Source of the DNA: an uncultured Verrucomicrobiae bacterium
Lineage (GTDB): Bacteria; Verrucomicrobiota; Verrucomicrobiia; Chthoniobacterales; Terrimicrobiaceae
Direction: 5' to 3'
Assembly (NCBI GenBank): GCA_963706955.1
Contig: CAVPOC010000001.1
Location: 160,001-224,000, forward strand
Length of the DNA stretch: 64,000 bases
Under the pieces are notes generated by a model. The model had not been told where the DNA came from, did not search any database, and was given only the letters and a program-made list of their open reading frames with translations. The translations under genes were made by a program, and so were the position numbers. Every line of letters starts with the position of its first letter. Positions within the stretch are counted from its first letter, which is position 1. Positions 19,685 to 28,969 of the stretch are shown here, in pieces.

Positions 19685-20005
19685 ATGAAAACTGTTAATG
19701 AAATTCTTGGTGAAAACCAGACTCTCCGCGGCGCGGTGCGAGTTCTTACCGGGAAGACAAACTCTGGGAAACGTGCCATCTATATTTCGGGAAATCCGGC
19801 GGGCTTACGACTCTTGGCCGACATCATGCGTGCGCAGGCTGACGCGGTTGGAAGTGGCGGGGGCGAGTCGAGATACTTCTTCAAGCTCGAGCGCCAATCC
19901 GGATCCTTATTCTTCGCGACTGATGATTCGGTCGATATTTTTGAAATTCATTGCGACGATCACTATCCGGAGAAGCACGAAACTCCGAGCGTTAGAAAAG
20001 ATTGA
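19685..20005 (+). CDS. Hypothetical protein, Imm32-like immunity motif
   Basis: GGAGGT RBS; IYISGNPAGLRLLADIM motif. Confidence 0.55.
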   Translation: MKTVNEILGENQTLRGAVRVLTGKTNSGKRAIYISGNPAGLRLLADIMRAQADAVGSGGGESRYFFKLERQSGSLFFATDDSVDIFEIHCDDHYPEKHETPSVRKD

Positions 20006-20161
20006 GGACCCAAAGGCCGGGAGCCCAGGACCGGCGTGCGCAGGACTTCGGTGACTTCCTCTGTCCCAACGTGAGATCCTTTCCGCCCCTACGCTGGGCG
20101 CAGCCAAGTTGCTAGTGGGACTTTCTATGGATGCCGACGGAAGAGCAGGCGGATACTGCGG

Positions 20162-20587
20162 CTAGCGTTCTCCGTTGGAAAGAACTTCCGGGGTGGCAAA
20201 TCGTTTCTCGAGGACAAGTCTTGTGCCACGTCGACACGGCTCATATTTTACAAAGTCGAAAACCTGTCGAATAATATATACACCGACGCCGCCCGGTCGG
20301 AACTCTTCAAGTGGGCGGCTGCGGATGCCCTGCGGATTGCAAGCCCGTCCGTAATCGCGGAGCACAAACCGGACGCGATCGTGCAGTCGTTCCATCTCCA
20401 GGCGAACTGGCTTTTCGTCTTGGCCGTAGGCGTGCCGGATGATGTTGGTGCAGGCTTCGTCCAGGCCCAACACGAGAAGCTCTATCGAAGATTCGTCGAA
20501 ACTACATTTCTTAAGAAACAACCTGGCGCTGTGACGCACTTCCGCCATCCGGCCCGAATGGCTGGTGAAGGCAAACTTGGTTTTCAC
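20162..20587 (-). CDS. Anti-sigma factor/Ser kinase, RsbW-like
   Basis: LDEACTNIIRHAY, RDYG, GGVGVYII motifs; GTG start overlaps the upstream stop. Confidence 0.85.
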   Translation of the reverse strand: MKTKFAFTSHSGRMAEVRHSARLFLKKCSFDESSIELLVLGLDEACTNIIRHAYGQDEKPVRLEMERLHDRVRFVLRDYGRACNPQGIRSRPLEEFRPGGVGVYIIRQVFDFVKYEPCRRGTRLVLEKRFATPEVLSNGER

Positions 20588-21864
20588 GCTAAGCCTCCGG
20601 ATAAAATCGTCAGATCGTCGGCCTGCCGGCCGTGCCCACGATGCCGGCGCTCGCATTCGATCAGATGGTCGACAATATTCTGGGGCGACAAGAATTTCCT
20701 GCCTTCAAGTGACGGGATGATCTTCGGTTCGAAAAAAGTATCACCTAGCGGATTCCGGGATTCCGACAATCCGTCTGTGAAACAAACGAGCCAGTCGCCT
20801 GGGTGGAGCTCTAGCTTGCCTTGCCGATAGTTCACCTTGGGCAGGATACCCAGAGGCAGGGACCCTTGCGTTTCGATTTCGTGAACCGAGCCGTCTCCTC
20901 GCACGACGAGCGGCTTGCAGTGCCCGGCGCTGGCTAGCTCAATGCGGTTCGCCGAGGGGATGATGCGACCGACAATCGTTGTAACAAACATGCCGCGGAC
21001 GATCCGCTCGTTGAGGGTCGCGTTCAACTTGGTGAGTGCCTCCGAAGGGCTGGCCGTCGCTGCAAAAACGAACTGCATTGCACTAAGGGTCTGCGCCATC
21101 AGAAGCGAGGCCGAGATGCCTTTGCCGGAGACATCCCCGATCGCAAAATATGTTTCATCGGGACTACGCACGAAAACGTTATAGAAATCGCCGCCCACGT
21201 TGGAAGCGGCCTGATTATGGGCGGCAAAGACCGCACCGGGGATCCGAACGGGAATCGCGCGCGCGAGGAGCTCTCGCTGAATGTCGCAGGCGATGGCCAG
21301 GTCACGCTCGACCCGTTCCTGAGCGCGCATACGCTCGAGAGCGCGTAACTTTTCGATCGCGGTGGCCGTCAGGTTTGCGTAGGCGGTGAAGCCATCGAGT
21401 TCCTGTTCGTCGAAGCTCTTCTTGTCGCGGGGATTTAGAATCTGGAGAACGCCGATGACCTCGCCGTCACGCATGAGCGGTGCGCAGAGGACTGAACGTG
21501 TTCGAAAACCAGTTTGCTGGTCGGCTTCCTTGTAAAAGCGAGAATCCTCATAAGCGTCCGGGATGAGGAGGGTCTGCGCATGGCTTACCACCCATCCGAC
21601 AATGCCTCTGCCCGGCGGGACGGAAATGTCTGGTTGGACAAATTGACCTTCGGCAAACGAACTAATGGCGAGTTCGACGGCACCGGTCTCTTTGTTGACG
21701 AAAAAGAGCGACGCGGCCTCGGCGAGAATCACCCGCCGGGCTACATCAAGGATCGCCCGGAGCAGCTCGTCGTAGTCGGTAATCGAGTTGATTAGACCGC
21801 TCACTTCGACCAGCCCCTTGTAGATGTTCAGGGACTTACGGAGCGACTCCACTTCCGCCAGCAT
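20584..21864 (-). CDS. GAF + SpoIIE/PP2C phosphatase, RsbU-like
   Basis: GAF domain (GFRTRSVLCAPL); VGGDFY, DVSGKG, TDG, DDLT motifs. Confidence 0.9.
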   Translation of the reverse strand: MLAEVESLRKSLNIYKGLVEVSGLINSITDYDELLRAILDVARRVILAEAASLFFVNKETGAVELAISSFAEGQFVQPDISVPPGRGIVGWVVSHAQTLLIPDAYEDSRFYKEADQQTGFRTRSVLCAPLMRDGEVIGVLQILNPRDKKSFDEQELDGFTAYANLTATAIEKLRALERMRAQERVERDLAIACDIQRELLARAIPVRIPGAVFAAHNQAASNVGGDFYNVFVRSPDETYFAIGDVSGKGISASLLMAQTLSAMQFVFAATASPSEALTKLNATLNERIVRGMFVTTIVGRIIPSANRIELASAGHCKPLVVRGDGSVHEIETQGSLPLGILPKVNYRQGKLELHPGDWLVCFTDGLSESRNPLGDTFFEPKIIPSLEGRKFLSPQNIVDHLIECERRHRGHGRQADDLTILSGGLA

Positions 21865-21950
21865 GCCTCACTTTTCGCACCTCGATGCATTTACTGCCAG
21901 CCGGATTTTTGCGTGGAAAACTCCGCGGTTGTGCGTGATGGTTTTTTACG

Positions 21951-22679
21951 ATGTGTAAGTTCTTAGTGTTCTGGTGTGGGATGTCGGTGCTGGCGGCGTC
22001 GGCTTGGGCGGCCGGGGGAACCGCGTATATGGCAGTCAAGGCTGCGCAGAAGAGCACGGACAGTTCGGCTGATCTGGTCGAAGTTGCAGGTGATCGGGGT
22101 GAGCCTCAACCTCAGGAGTGGAAAGTAGTGCTGCGAGATCCGGGGGCCAGGGGAGGAATCCGGGAGATCGTTGCTTCAGGCGACGTTGTCGTTTCGCAGA
22201 GAACCCCATTGCGGGGCTATTCGGACTTCAGCGCCCAACCGGCGATTCCACTGACCCGCTTGAATCTTGATTCGGATCGCGCATTCGAGATCGCCAACAA
22301 GCAGGCCATCGCAAAAAAAGTTGGCTTCAGTTGGGTGGACTACACGTTGCGGGCGAACGCGGACGGTGGCGCCCCGACCTGGGTCCTTCGACTTTACAGT
22401 GGCATGGGATCGCAGGTCGGCGTGATTCAAATCTCGGCCGAAAATGGAACTGTGCTCGCGCCGCTGGAACCAGGGCTGCCGCCGCCGACCGAATCGACTG
22501 AACGTTTCACTGACTCGCAACCCGGTCGAACTGTGGGCGGTTTTGTCGGCAGGGTAGGGGGCACGCTCGGAGGCATTGCCAACGGGGTGAAGAATACAAC
22601 GCTTCGCACCGTCGGCACGGTTCAGGAATTTTTCACTGGCGAACGCACCATTGGACCTCGAGACGAGAATGATAACTAA
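21951..22679 (+). CDS. Exported hypothetical protein with PepSY-like segments
   Basis: Signal peptide; LDSDRAFEIA...W...ISAENG pattern. Confidence 0.6.
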   Translation: MCKFLVFWCGMSVLAASAWAAGGTAYMAVKAAQKSTDSSADLVEVAGDRGEPQPQEWKVVLRDPGARGGIREIVASGDVVVSQRTPLRGYSDFSAQPAIPLTRLNLDSDRAFEIANKQAIAKKVGFSWVDYTLRANADGGAPTWVLRLYSGMGSQVGVIQISAENGTVLAPLEPGLPPPTESTERFTDSQPGRTVGGFVGRVGGTLGGIANGVKNTTLRTVGTVQEFFTGERTIGPRDENDN

Positions 22680-22704
22680 AGGGATGCTCGTCGAAAACTT
22701 CGCT

Positions 22705-22822
22705 GTAGCGGTGGTGCCCCCACCGCCGACCAAACGCTCGGCCGTGAGGACAGGGCGGCTGCAAAGAGAACCTTCGCCGGAGGGCCCACCTGGGCGCGCC
22801 CGAACGGGGACACCGACACTGC
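22705..22822. repeat. REP family A doublet (22705-22762) plus a degenerate right arm (22806-22822)
   Basis: GTAGCGGTGGTGCCCCCACCGCCGA...TCGGCCGTGAGGACAGGGCGGCTGC; GGGGACACCGACACTGC. Confidence 0.65.
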
Positions 22823-22848
22823 AGCGACAAAGTCACGTTTGACGAGCC

Positions 22849-23325
22849 ATGGGTCCGTTCGAAGCGATTGTTGTTCTAATCATTGTGGGGTTTTTGATGC
22901 TGGCCGCGGAAGTTTTCGTGCCGGGAATGGTGCTTGGGTTGCTCGGTGGCGTTTGTCTGGCCGGCGCCATCACGGTCGCGTTCGTCTACTATAATGTTGT
23001 CACGGGTTCGATCGTTTTTGCCGCCGTCTGCCTCCTGACCTTCACTGGCTTTGTAGCGTGGCTCGCAGTGTTCCCGCGCACGGCGATCGGACGAAGAATC
23101 ATGCTGCAAAAGAGTCTCATTAAAGGAGTCGGAGAGCGGGCAATTCCATCTGAGCTGATGGGAGCGCAGGGCCGTTCCCTTACCCCACTCCGTCCGGCAG
23201 GCACCGCCTCGATTGAGGGCCGTCGGGTAGACGTCGTGGCGGAGAGCGACTTCATCGGGCGTGACGAGCCCGTGGTGGTTGTTCGAGAGGAAGGCTTACG
23301 AGTTGTTGTGCGAAAAAAGGTCTAG
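22849..23325 (+). CDS. NfeD family protein (short, OB-fold)
   Basis: AEVFVPG, three TM segments, LTPLRPAG...GRRVDVV. Confidence 0.88.
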   Translation: MGPFEAIVVLIIVGFLMLAAEVFVPGMVLGLLGGVCLAGAITVAFVYYNVVTGSIVFAAVCLLTFTGFVAWLAVFPRTAIGRRIMLQKSLIKGVGERAIPSELMGAQGRSLTPLRPAGTASIEGRRVDVVAESDFIGRDEPVVVVREEGLRVVVRKKV

Positions 23326-23350
23326 CCGGGCGCAAGCTAGTACATAAGCT

Positions 23351-24394
23351 GTGCCGCCAACTCAGATCGACCAAATGAATCTTATTGCCTTAATTCTTGT
23401 CGGCATCGCCGCGGTCATCGGCATCGTGCTGATGCTCATTTTAGCCAACTTCTTTGGCGTGTGGCTTCGTGCCAAGATTGCGGATGCTCCGGTTCCCTTT
23501 GCGAAACTCATCGGCATGCGTCTGCGCCGAGTCCCCGTCGGCCTCATTGTTGACAGCCGTATCACGTCCGTGAAGGCGGGCCTCCCCCTGGAGACAGATT
23601 CCCTGGAGGCGCATTTCCTCTCCGGAGGCAACGTGAGCCATGTCGTCCTTGCGCTGATCGCTGCGGACAAGGCCGGCATTACCCTGGACTTTAACCGCGC
23701 CTGCGCCATCGATCTGGCCATCAAAGGCACCAGTAAGACTGTGCTCGAGGCCGTGCGCACCAGCATCAATCCCAAAGTCATCGATTGCCCGAATCCTCAG
23801 CAGTCGGCCGGGAGGACCACGATCGATGCCGTCGCCCGCGATGGCATCGGAGTCAGGGTCCGCGCGCGAGTCACCGTTCGCTCCAACCTCGATCGATTTG
23901 TGGGAGGCGCCACCGAGGAGACAATTATCGCGCGCGTGGGCGAAGGGATCGTCACCTCGATTGGCTCGGCGGTGTCCTACAAAGACGTTCTCGAAAATCC
24001 GGATCGTATCTCAAAGGTGGTCCTGCAAAAGGGGCTCGACAGCGGGACGGCCTTCGAAATCCTCTCCGTCGATATCGCCGATGTGGACATCGGCGATAAC
24101 GTCGGCGCCAAGCTTCAAGCGGAGCAGGCGGAAGCGGACAAAGTCGTCGCCCAGGCGAAAGCGGAAATGCGCCGCGCCGCGGCTGTGGCCAGCGAGCAGG
24201 AAATGAAGGCGCGCACGCAGGAGATGCGAGCAAAGGTCGTCGAGGCGGAGGCCCAGGTGCCATTGGCGATGTCAGAAGCTTTCCGTAGCGGCAATCTCGG
24301 CGTGATGGATTATTTGAAAATGAAGAATATCCAGTCCGATACCGGCATGCGTGAGTCGATCGCCGGCACTGAGCGACCGACTCACGGCAGTTGA
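23351..24394 (+). CDS. floA: Flotillin-like protein FloA (YqfA/UPF0365)
   Basis: [46 protein letters not shown] motifs. Confidence 0.92.
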   Translation: MPPTQIDQMNLIALILVGIAAVIGIVLMLILANFFGVWLRAKIADAPVPFAKLIGMRLRRVPVGLIVDSRITSVKAGLPLETDSLEAHFLSGGNVSHVVLALIAADKAGITLDFNRACAIDLAIKGTSKTVLEAVRTSINPKVIDCPNPQQSAGRTTIDAVARDGIGVRVRARVTVRSNLDRFVGGATEETIIARVGEGIVTSIGSAVSYKDVLENPDRISKVVLQKGLDSGTAFEILSVDIADVDIGDNVGAKLQAEQAEADKVVAQAKAEMRRAAAVASEQEMKARTQEMRAKVVEAEAQVPLAMSEAFRSGNLGVMDYLKMKNIQSDTGMRESIAGTERPTHGS

Positions 24395-24417
24395 GGTCGG
24401 TCGGCTAGTTTACGCAC

Positions 24418-24993
24418 ATGGAGCAGCTCGTCATCCTTCTGCTGATCGCGTTGATCAGCATTATCAACTGGATTATCCAGAAATCGAAGGAATCGCGCGA
24501 AAAGCGCAAGCTGGAAAAGCGGGCTGACGCCACCGGCGAACCGGTCGCCAAGCACGAGCCAGCTCCCGATGCGACAGGAACAGAGACGGCCATGCGCCGG
24601 CTCAGGGAAGCGCTTGGACTACCAGAGGACGCTCCACCGCCAGCCATCCCAAAGAGGGCGGAGTCAGAAAGGGTCGAGTCGAAGAGAATCGAGCCAAAGC
24701 GGATCGAGCGTCCGGCTGTCGCGCCTCAGCCCTCGCCAGATCGGCTGGTGCCACCGCCGCTTCCCAAGCCGGAGAGAAGGCCCGCTGTGGTCCACGTGCC
24801 GTCGGTGCGCTGGGATCATCGCAGGTTCGAACATCTCCACAAGATGGCCAAGCCTTCGCAACCTGAGGCGCCGACACAGCCTCCTCGAATTCGTGAACTT
24901 CTCCAATCCCAAGGAGGTTTGCGCGATGCGGTGGTTCTTTCGGAAATTCTGGGTCCGCCGAAGAGCTTGCGAGAGCGTTCGCTTCCCTTATGA
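24418..24993 (+). CDS. Membrane-anchored Pro-rich protein (YqfB-like position)
   Basis: N-terminal TM segment, C-terminal AVVLSEILGPPKS. Confidence 0.7.
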   Translation: MEQLVILLLIALISIINWIIQKSKESREKRKLEKRADATGEPVAKHEPAPDATGTETAMRRLREALGLPEDAPPPAIPKRAESERVESKRIEPKRIERPAVAPQPSPDRLVPPPLPKPERRPAVVHVPSVRWDHRRFEHLHKMAKPSQPEAPTQPPRIRELLQSQGGLRDAVVLSEILGPPKSLRERSLPL

Positions 24994-25235
24994 ACGGAGA
25001 ACTCGTCGAACTTCGGGAAGCGCTTCAGGAGAGGCTCGACGTGATCGCCGACCAGGAGCTCCGGGCCCGCGACCCGCGTGCTCACCTCGAACGCTTGAAG
25101 GCAGCGGCCTCCCGGTTGGACGCTGCCATTGCTCGGCTGCGTCCAAACTGTGATCCGCAATTGCGCCACTTTCTCGATCGCCAGAGCTACCTCAAGGCCC
25201 TGGCCTGGCTTGAACACGCCAGCGCAGATTCGTAA
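24990..25235 (+). CDS. Small hypothetical protein
   Basis: ATGA overlap; helical, ends HFLDRQSYLKALAWL. Confidence 0.6.
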   Translation: MNGELVELREALQERLDVIADQELRARDPRAHLERLKAAASRLDAAIARLRPNCDPQLRHFLDRQSYLKALAWLEHASADS

Positions 25236-25270
25236 AGTTCTCCAGCCGCCCTGTCGGAGGAAGTTTGGTT

Positions 25271-25327
25271 GTAGCGGCGATGTCCCCATCGTCGAGGGGC
25301 CCTCGGCGGCGGGGACGCCGCCGCTAC
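25271..25327. repeat. REP family A doublet (REPIN-like)
   Basis: GTAGCGGCGATGTCCCCATCGTCGAGGGGCCCTCGGCGGCGGGGACGCCGCCGCTAC; GTAG...CTAC ends, long inverted repeat. Confidence 0.8.
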
Positions 25328-25461
25328 GGAACAAATCTTCGCAGTGGCAACTCTGTCTTAGATCAGCGTCTTGAGCCGGTCACGAAGGGCGTCTGAAGCG
25401 TCACTGGTTCGGAAATTTGATCTTGCCATGGCTTAGGCGGTAGGGGATATAGGTCCACTGA

Positions 25462-26214
25462 ATGAAGATTCTCGCCGCCCTGCTGATTCTCATCGTGGCA
25501 TCTGAATACCTTCACGCCAGTGCCGGCCCGCCTCCGTTCACTAATGGATCTCCACTGGTCTCAGGTGTGGACGGTAGCTATCAGGCAACAGCGAGAGGTC
25601 GAAATTTAACGGGCGTCTTCAGGTTTACCTACTCCGGGGGCAGGCAAACGAGTAATCCGCAATTTCCAACGGGCAATACAGTGGCTAGTTTGCTAACGGA
25701 CCCTTATAACGACTATGTGTTCTTTGTTGAAGGAACGGTCTATCGCGGACTGGTTCAGGCCAACATTAACGTCAACAGCATTGCCGGCGTGCTGGATAAC
25801 GGCGGTGCCAACGTTCCCAACTTCGGCGGCACTTCAGCTCCGACCCCATCGTCTTCTCCGACAACATCGCCTACTCCGACAACATCGCCTACTCCGACAA
25901 CATCGCCTACTCCGACAGCGTCGCCTACTCCGACAGCGTCGCCTACTCCGACTCCCCCGCAATCCTCTACGCAGACTAGCCTGCAAATCTTGTCCTTCAT
26001 GAACGGCTTCTTTCATGGAACAATCGACCAAACCTCTCCTTATGCCTCATTTCATGGGAAGGGAGAGGTAGCGGTGACGGACTTCACGAATACGACAGAT
26101 GGGGGATTTGGTATTACGGCTTTTTTCACGGTAAAGTTTAGATTCTGCGGTGTCAGAAATGCGACTGGCACAACGACTTCGTCGATCACCACCACGACGA
26201 CGACCTCGGGTTGA
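25462..26214 (+). CDS. Secreted beta-rich protein with internal Pro/Thr/Ser repeat
   Basis: Signal peptide; PT(T/A)SPT repeats; poly-Thr tail. Confidence 0.7.
   Translation: MKILAALLILIVASEYLHASAGPPPFTNGSPLVSGVDGSYQATARGRNLTGVFRFTYSGGRQTSNPQFPTGNTVASLLTDPYNDYVFFVEGTVYRGLVQANINVNSIAGVLDNGGANVPNFGGTSAPTPSSSPTTSPTPTTSPTPTTSPTPTASPTPTASPTPTPPQSSTQTSLQILSFMNGFFHGTIDQTSPYASFHGKGEVAVTDFTNTTDGGFGITAFFTVKFRFCGVRNATGTTTSSITTTTTTSG
25858..25947 (+). repeat. 18-bp coding tandem repeat x5
   Basis: CCGACAACATCGCCTACT x3 then CCGACAGCGTCGCCTACT x2. Confidence 0.95.
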
Positions 26215-26245
26215 GGAGAGAAATTCCAACTCTTTTAGTTAGGCA

Positions 26246-26770
26246 CTGAAGCGCAGATCAAGGTTCGGTAATCGGGCGATTACCCTGGTGGAGCTGCTCG
26301 TCGGAGTAGGGATAGTGGCGGTCCTGGTCGGCATAGTCTTCAAAGGCGTTCCCTACCTGAGGGACCGCGCCGAGGGAGTCCGCTGTGTCACCAATATGCG
26401 TTCGCTGCAAGTGTCCCTGGCGGCGTATGTGCAAGACAAGGGACATTGGCCGCAGGAACCCGAGGAAATCTGGAACTCCGATAACTTAGAAGCGTACGAG
26501 GACTGGTGGTTGAACGAGCTTGAGCCCTATGGCGCTCCCGAGGATGTGTGGCAATGTCCCACCGTCAAGCGCCTGGTAGTTGCAAAAACTAAGGATGGGC
26601 GTCCCAAGGTTCACTATACTCCCACGATGTTCGACGAGAACCCTTATACTCCTTACAAGTGGAGCAACCAACCTTGGTTGACCGAGATTGGGAACATGCA
26701 CGGGCGTGGGGCGTTGATTTGTTTTCCAGACGGTTCGATCAGAGCGATGAACGATGTCGTCAAGCGGTAG
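26246..26770 (+). CDS. Prepilin-type N-terminal cleavage/methylation protein with H-X9-DG motif (inferred CTG start)
   Basis: KRRSRFGNRA|ITLVELLV leader, CVTNMRSL, WQCP, HGRGALICFPDG. Confidence 0.85.
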   Translation: MKRRSRFGNRAITLVELLVGVGIVAVLVGIVFKGVPYLRDRAEGVRCVTNMRSLQVSLAAYVQDKGHWPQEPEEIWNSDNLEAYEDWWLNELEPYGAPEDVWQCPTVKRLVVAKTKDGRPKVHYTPTMFDENPYTPYKWSNQPWLTEIGNMHGRGALICFPDGSIRAMNDVVKR

Positions 26771-26860
26771 CGAGGAGTTCGTTGAGAGTTGAGTGATAAC
26801 CGCGGTTGATTGACTCTCAACCACAGGCGCAGCCGTCCTCTCGACTCTAACTTGCCTGTG

Positions 26861-27559
26861 TCAGCTGCCCTTTTCCTGCGCCACCCATTCAATGGCGAAG
26901 CGCACCATTTCGCTGGCGTCCTTGAAGCCGAGCTTTTCCTTGATGTGTGCGCGATGCGTCTCAATGGTTTTGACGCTCAAGTGAAGTTGGTCGGCAATCG
27001 CTTTGGTGCCCAGTCCACGTCCGAGAAGTTCGAGCACCTCGAGTTCACGGTCGGAAAGTTTGTCGACCGGAGAGCCCATTCCGCCCTCCACAGACTGAAC
27101 CGCTTGAAAGATGAGCCGCTCGCTGAATTCGGGACTGACATAAATTTCTCCCTTGAGGACTTTGCGCAGCGCGGCCAGGACATGGGTGAGCGCTTCGACC
27201 TTCATGACATACCCTAGCGCACCGGCACGCAAGGCGCGCAAGGCATAGAGCGATTCGTCATGCATAGAAAGCATCAGGAGGGGCAAATTCGGCTGCTCGG
27301 CCTTCATCAGTTTGATCAACTCAATCCCGTTGGTTCCCGGCAGGGAAATGTCGAGCAGGGCTACATCGGGCCGCAGCGTGCGCATGGCCTCGAGGGCGGA
27401 GGGCGAGGAGGAGGCTTCTCCGCACACCATCAGATCCTGCTCGGCATTGATCAGCGCCGTGATGCCATGGCGAAAGACAGGATGGTCGTCAACAATGAGA
27501 ACGCGTCGCTTGACCTGGGTAGAATTAGCAGGGTCGTTTTCTATTTTGCTCGAGGTCAT
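26861..27559 (-). CDS. NarL/LuxR-family response regulator
   Basis: IVDDHP, LLDISLP, LSDRELEV, LSVKTIETHR motifs. Confidence 0.95.
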   Translation of the reverse strand: MTSSKIENDPANSTQVKRRVLIVDDHPVFRHGITALINAEQDLMVCGEASSSPSALEAMRTLRPDVALLDISLPGTNGIELIKLMKAEQPNLPLLMLSMHDESLYALRALRAGALGYVMKVEALTHVLAALRKVLKGEIYVSPEFSERLIFQAVQSVEGGMGSPVDKLSDRELEVLELLGRGLGTKAIADQLHLSVKTIETHRAHIKEKLGFKDASEMVRFAIEWVAQEKGS

Positions 27560-28650
27560 GACGTCTGGGGAAAGGTGCAGCCAACGCTCGTTCCTACTCC
27601 GCTATGGAACTTGAGGCGAAGCTGTCCGCGGATTGCTTTGGCGCGGTAGCGAAGGGTTTTGGAGGCGATGTGATTTGCGTCGGCAGTGAGCGGGCCTTCT
27701 TTTGCGCCATTATCGAAAATCTCAATCCGAAGGGAATCCCCTTTCGCCGAAAGGCGGATGGAAACTTTGGTTGCGTCCGTGTGATGAAGCGCATGGAGGA
27801 TCGTCTCCTGAATGATGCGATAGGCATGAAGGGCGGACTGGGCAGTCGGCCGGGGGACGTCTCCCAAGCAATGAAATTCACACGGGAGGGCATCTTTCAT
27901 CCGATCCGCGAGACCTTGAATTGCCGACGGCAGTTCCCCGGACTCGAGTTCGACCGGATGAAGGGTCCGTGAAATGTCGCGCACTTGTGCAACCGTTTCA
28001 TTGACCATGCGGGCTAGTTCATGAAGTTGCTCAGCGTGGCGCGATCCCTCACGGCCGAGGTCTCCTGCGAGGGCTTTTACCGCGAAGGCGGCGCCAAGAA
28101 TTTGCTGGCAAAGATGATCATGCATCTCCTTGCCGATCCGCCGTTGCTCGCGGTCGGCAGCATCCAGGAAAGCATGCTCGAGAAACCTCGATTCGGTTGC
28201 GTCGTTGAACGCCAGAAGGAGACGACGACTGTCCGGTCGAATCTGAAGAGCCCAGATCTCCACGGGCACGATCGTGCCATCTTTCGTCTGGCAAAGGACC
28301 TCGCATTGAGACACTCCGTCGTGAGAGACAGCCGCAAGACAATCTTCAAAGTCCTTGCCAGCCGCAAGAACGACGATGCTGCGCCCGATCATTTCTTCCT
28401 CTTGCCAGCCAAAGATCCGTTCGGCCGCGGCGCTCCAGCGACTCACTTGGCGTTTCCCATTCACTTCCACCAAGGCGATTCGGCCTGCATCGAGGAGAGC
28501 GCAGAGAGCCTGACTCTCTTGCAACCCCATCTTTTCAACGGATGTGACGGTATTGGCAGAAGTCATCTGCCAAGAATATATCGCGCCTGTCAAAAGTCTG
28601 CCCTGATTGGTTAAAGAACTTCTTCTCGCCGCGAGATTTCTCAGTGCCAT
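27556..28650 (-). CDS. PAS + HisKA_3 sensor kinase-like protein with degenerate ATPase domain (start uncertain)
   Basis: PAS (WSAAAERIFGW), H-box EMHDHLCQ; altered N and G2 boxes. Confidence 0.85.
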   Translation of the reverse strand: MALRNLAARRSSLTNQGRLLTGAIYSWQMTSANTVTSVEKMGLQESQALCALLDAGRIALVEVNGKRQVSRWSAAAERIFGWQEEEMIGRSIVVLAAGKDFEDCLAAVSHDGVSQCEVLCQTKDGTIVPVEIWALQIRPDSRRLLLAFNDATESRFLEHAFLDAADREQRRIGKEMHDHLCQQILGAAFAVKALAGDLGREGSRHAEQLHELARMVNETVAQVRDISRTLHPVELESGELPSAIQGLADRMKDALPCEFHCLGDVPRPTAQSALHAYRIIQETILHALHHTDATKVSIRLSAKGDSLRIEIFDNGAKEGPLTADANHIASKTLRYRAKAIRGQLRLKFHSGVGTSVGCTFPQTS

Positions 28651-28692
28651 CGCCTCGTTTCAGTGCCCGGGAGAGCAACCTTGGTAACTCGC

Positions 28693-28860
28693 TCAGGGTC
28701 GTGGGGGACGTCCCCGGAAGAGGAACGATACCAAAAACAGGATGATGAAGATACCAAAGAGAACTTGCGCAATCCATGCTGCCGAGCCCGCGATTCCTCC
28801 GAAGCCCAGAACTGCCGCGATGAGCGCTATGATCAAGAAGGTAATTGCCCAACTAAGCAT
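28693..28860 (-). CDS. DUF1328/UPF0391 (YtjA-like) small membrane protein, 55 aa
   Basis: Translated by hand: [64 protein letters not shown]; below the ORF track cutoff. Confidence 0.92.
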   Translation of the reverse strand: MLSWAITFLIIALIAAVLGFGGIAGSAAWIAQVLFGIFIILFLVSFLFRGRPPRP

Positions 28861-28969
28861 AGGTTCCTTTCTATTTGTCCGTGAATCGCACTGGCTCAGG
28901 GGACCGAGCGTGTCTTGGAGAAGACCATCATTTTCCTGAGGCTCTCCTCAGGGCAAGCCCCTAAAAAGC

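Noticed and set aside
25858..25947. Possible CRISPR array or iteron
   Set aside because: Contiguous in-frame coding repeat with no spacers.
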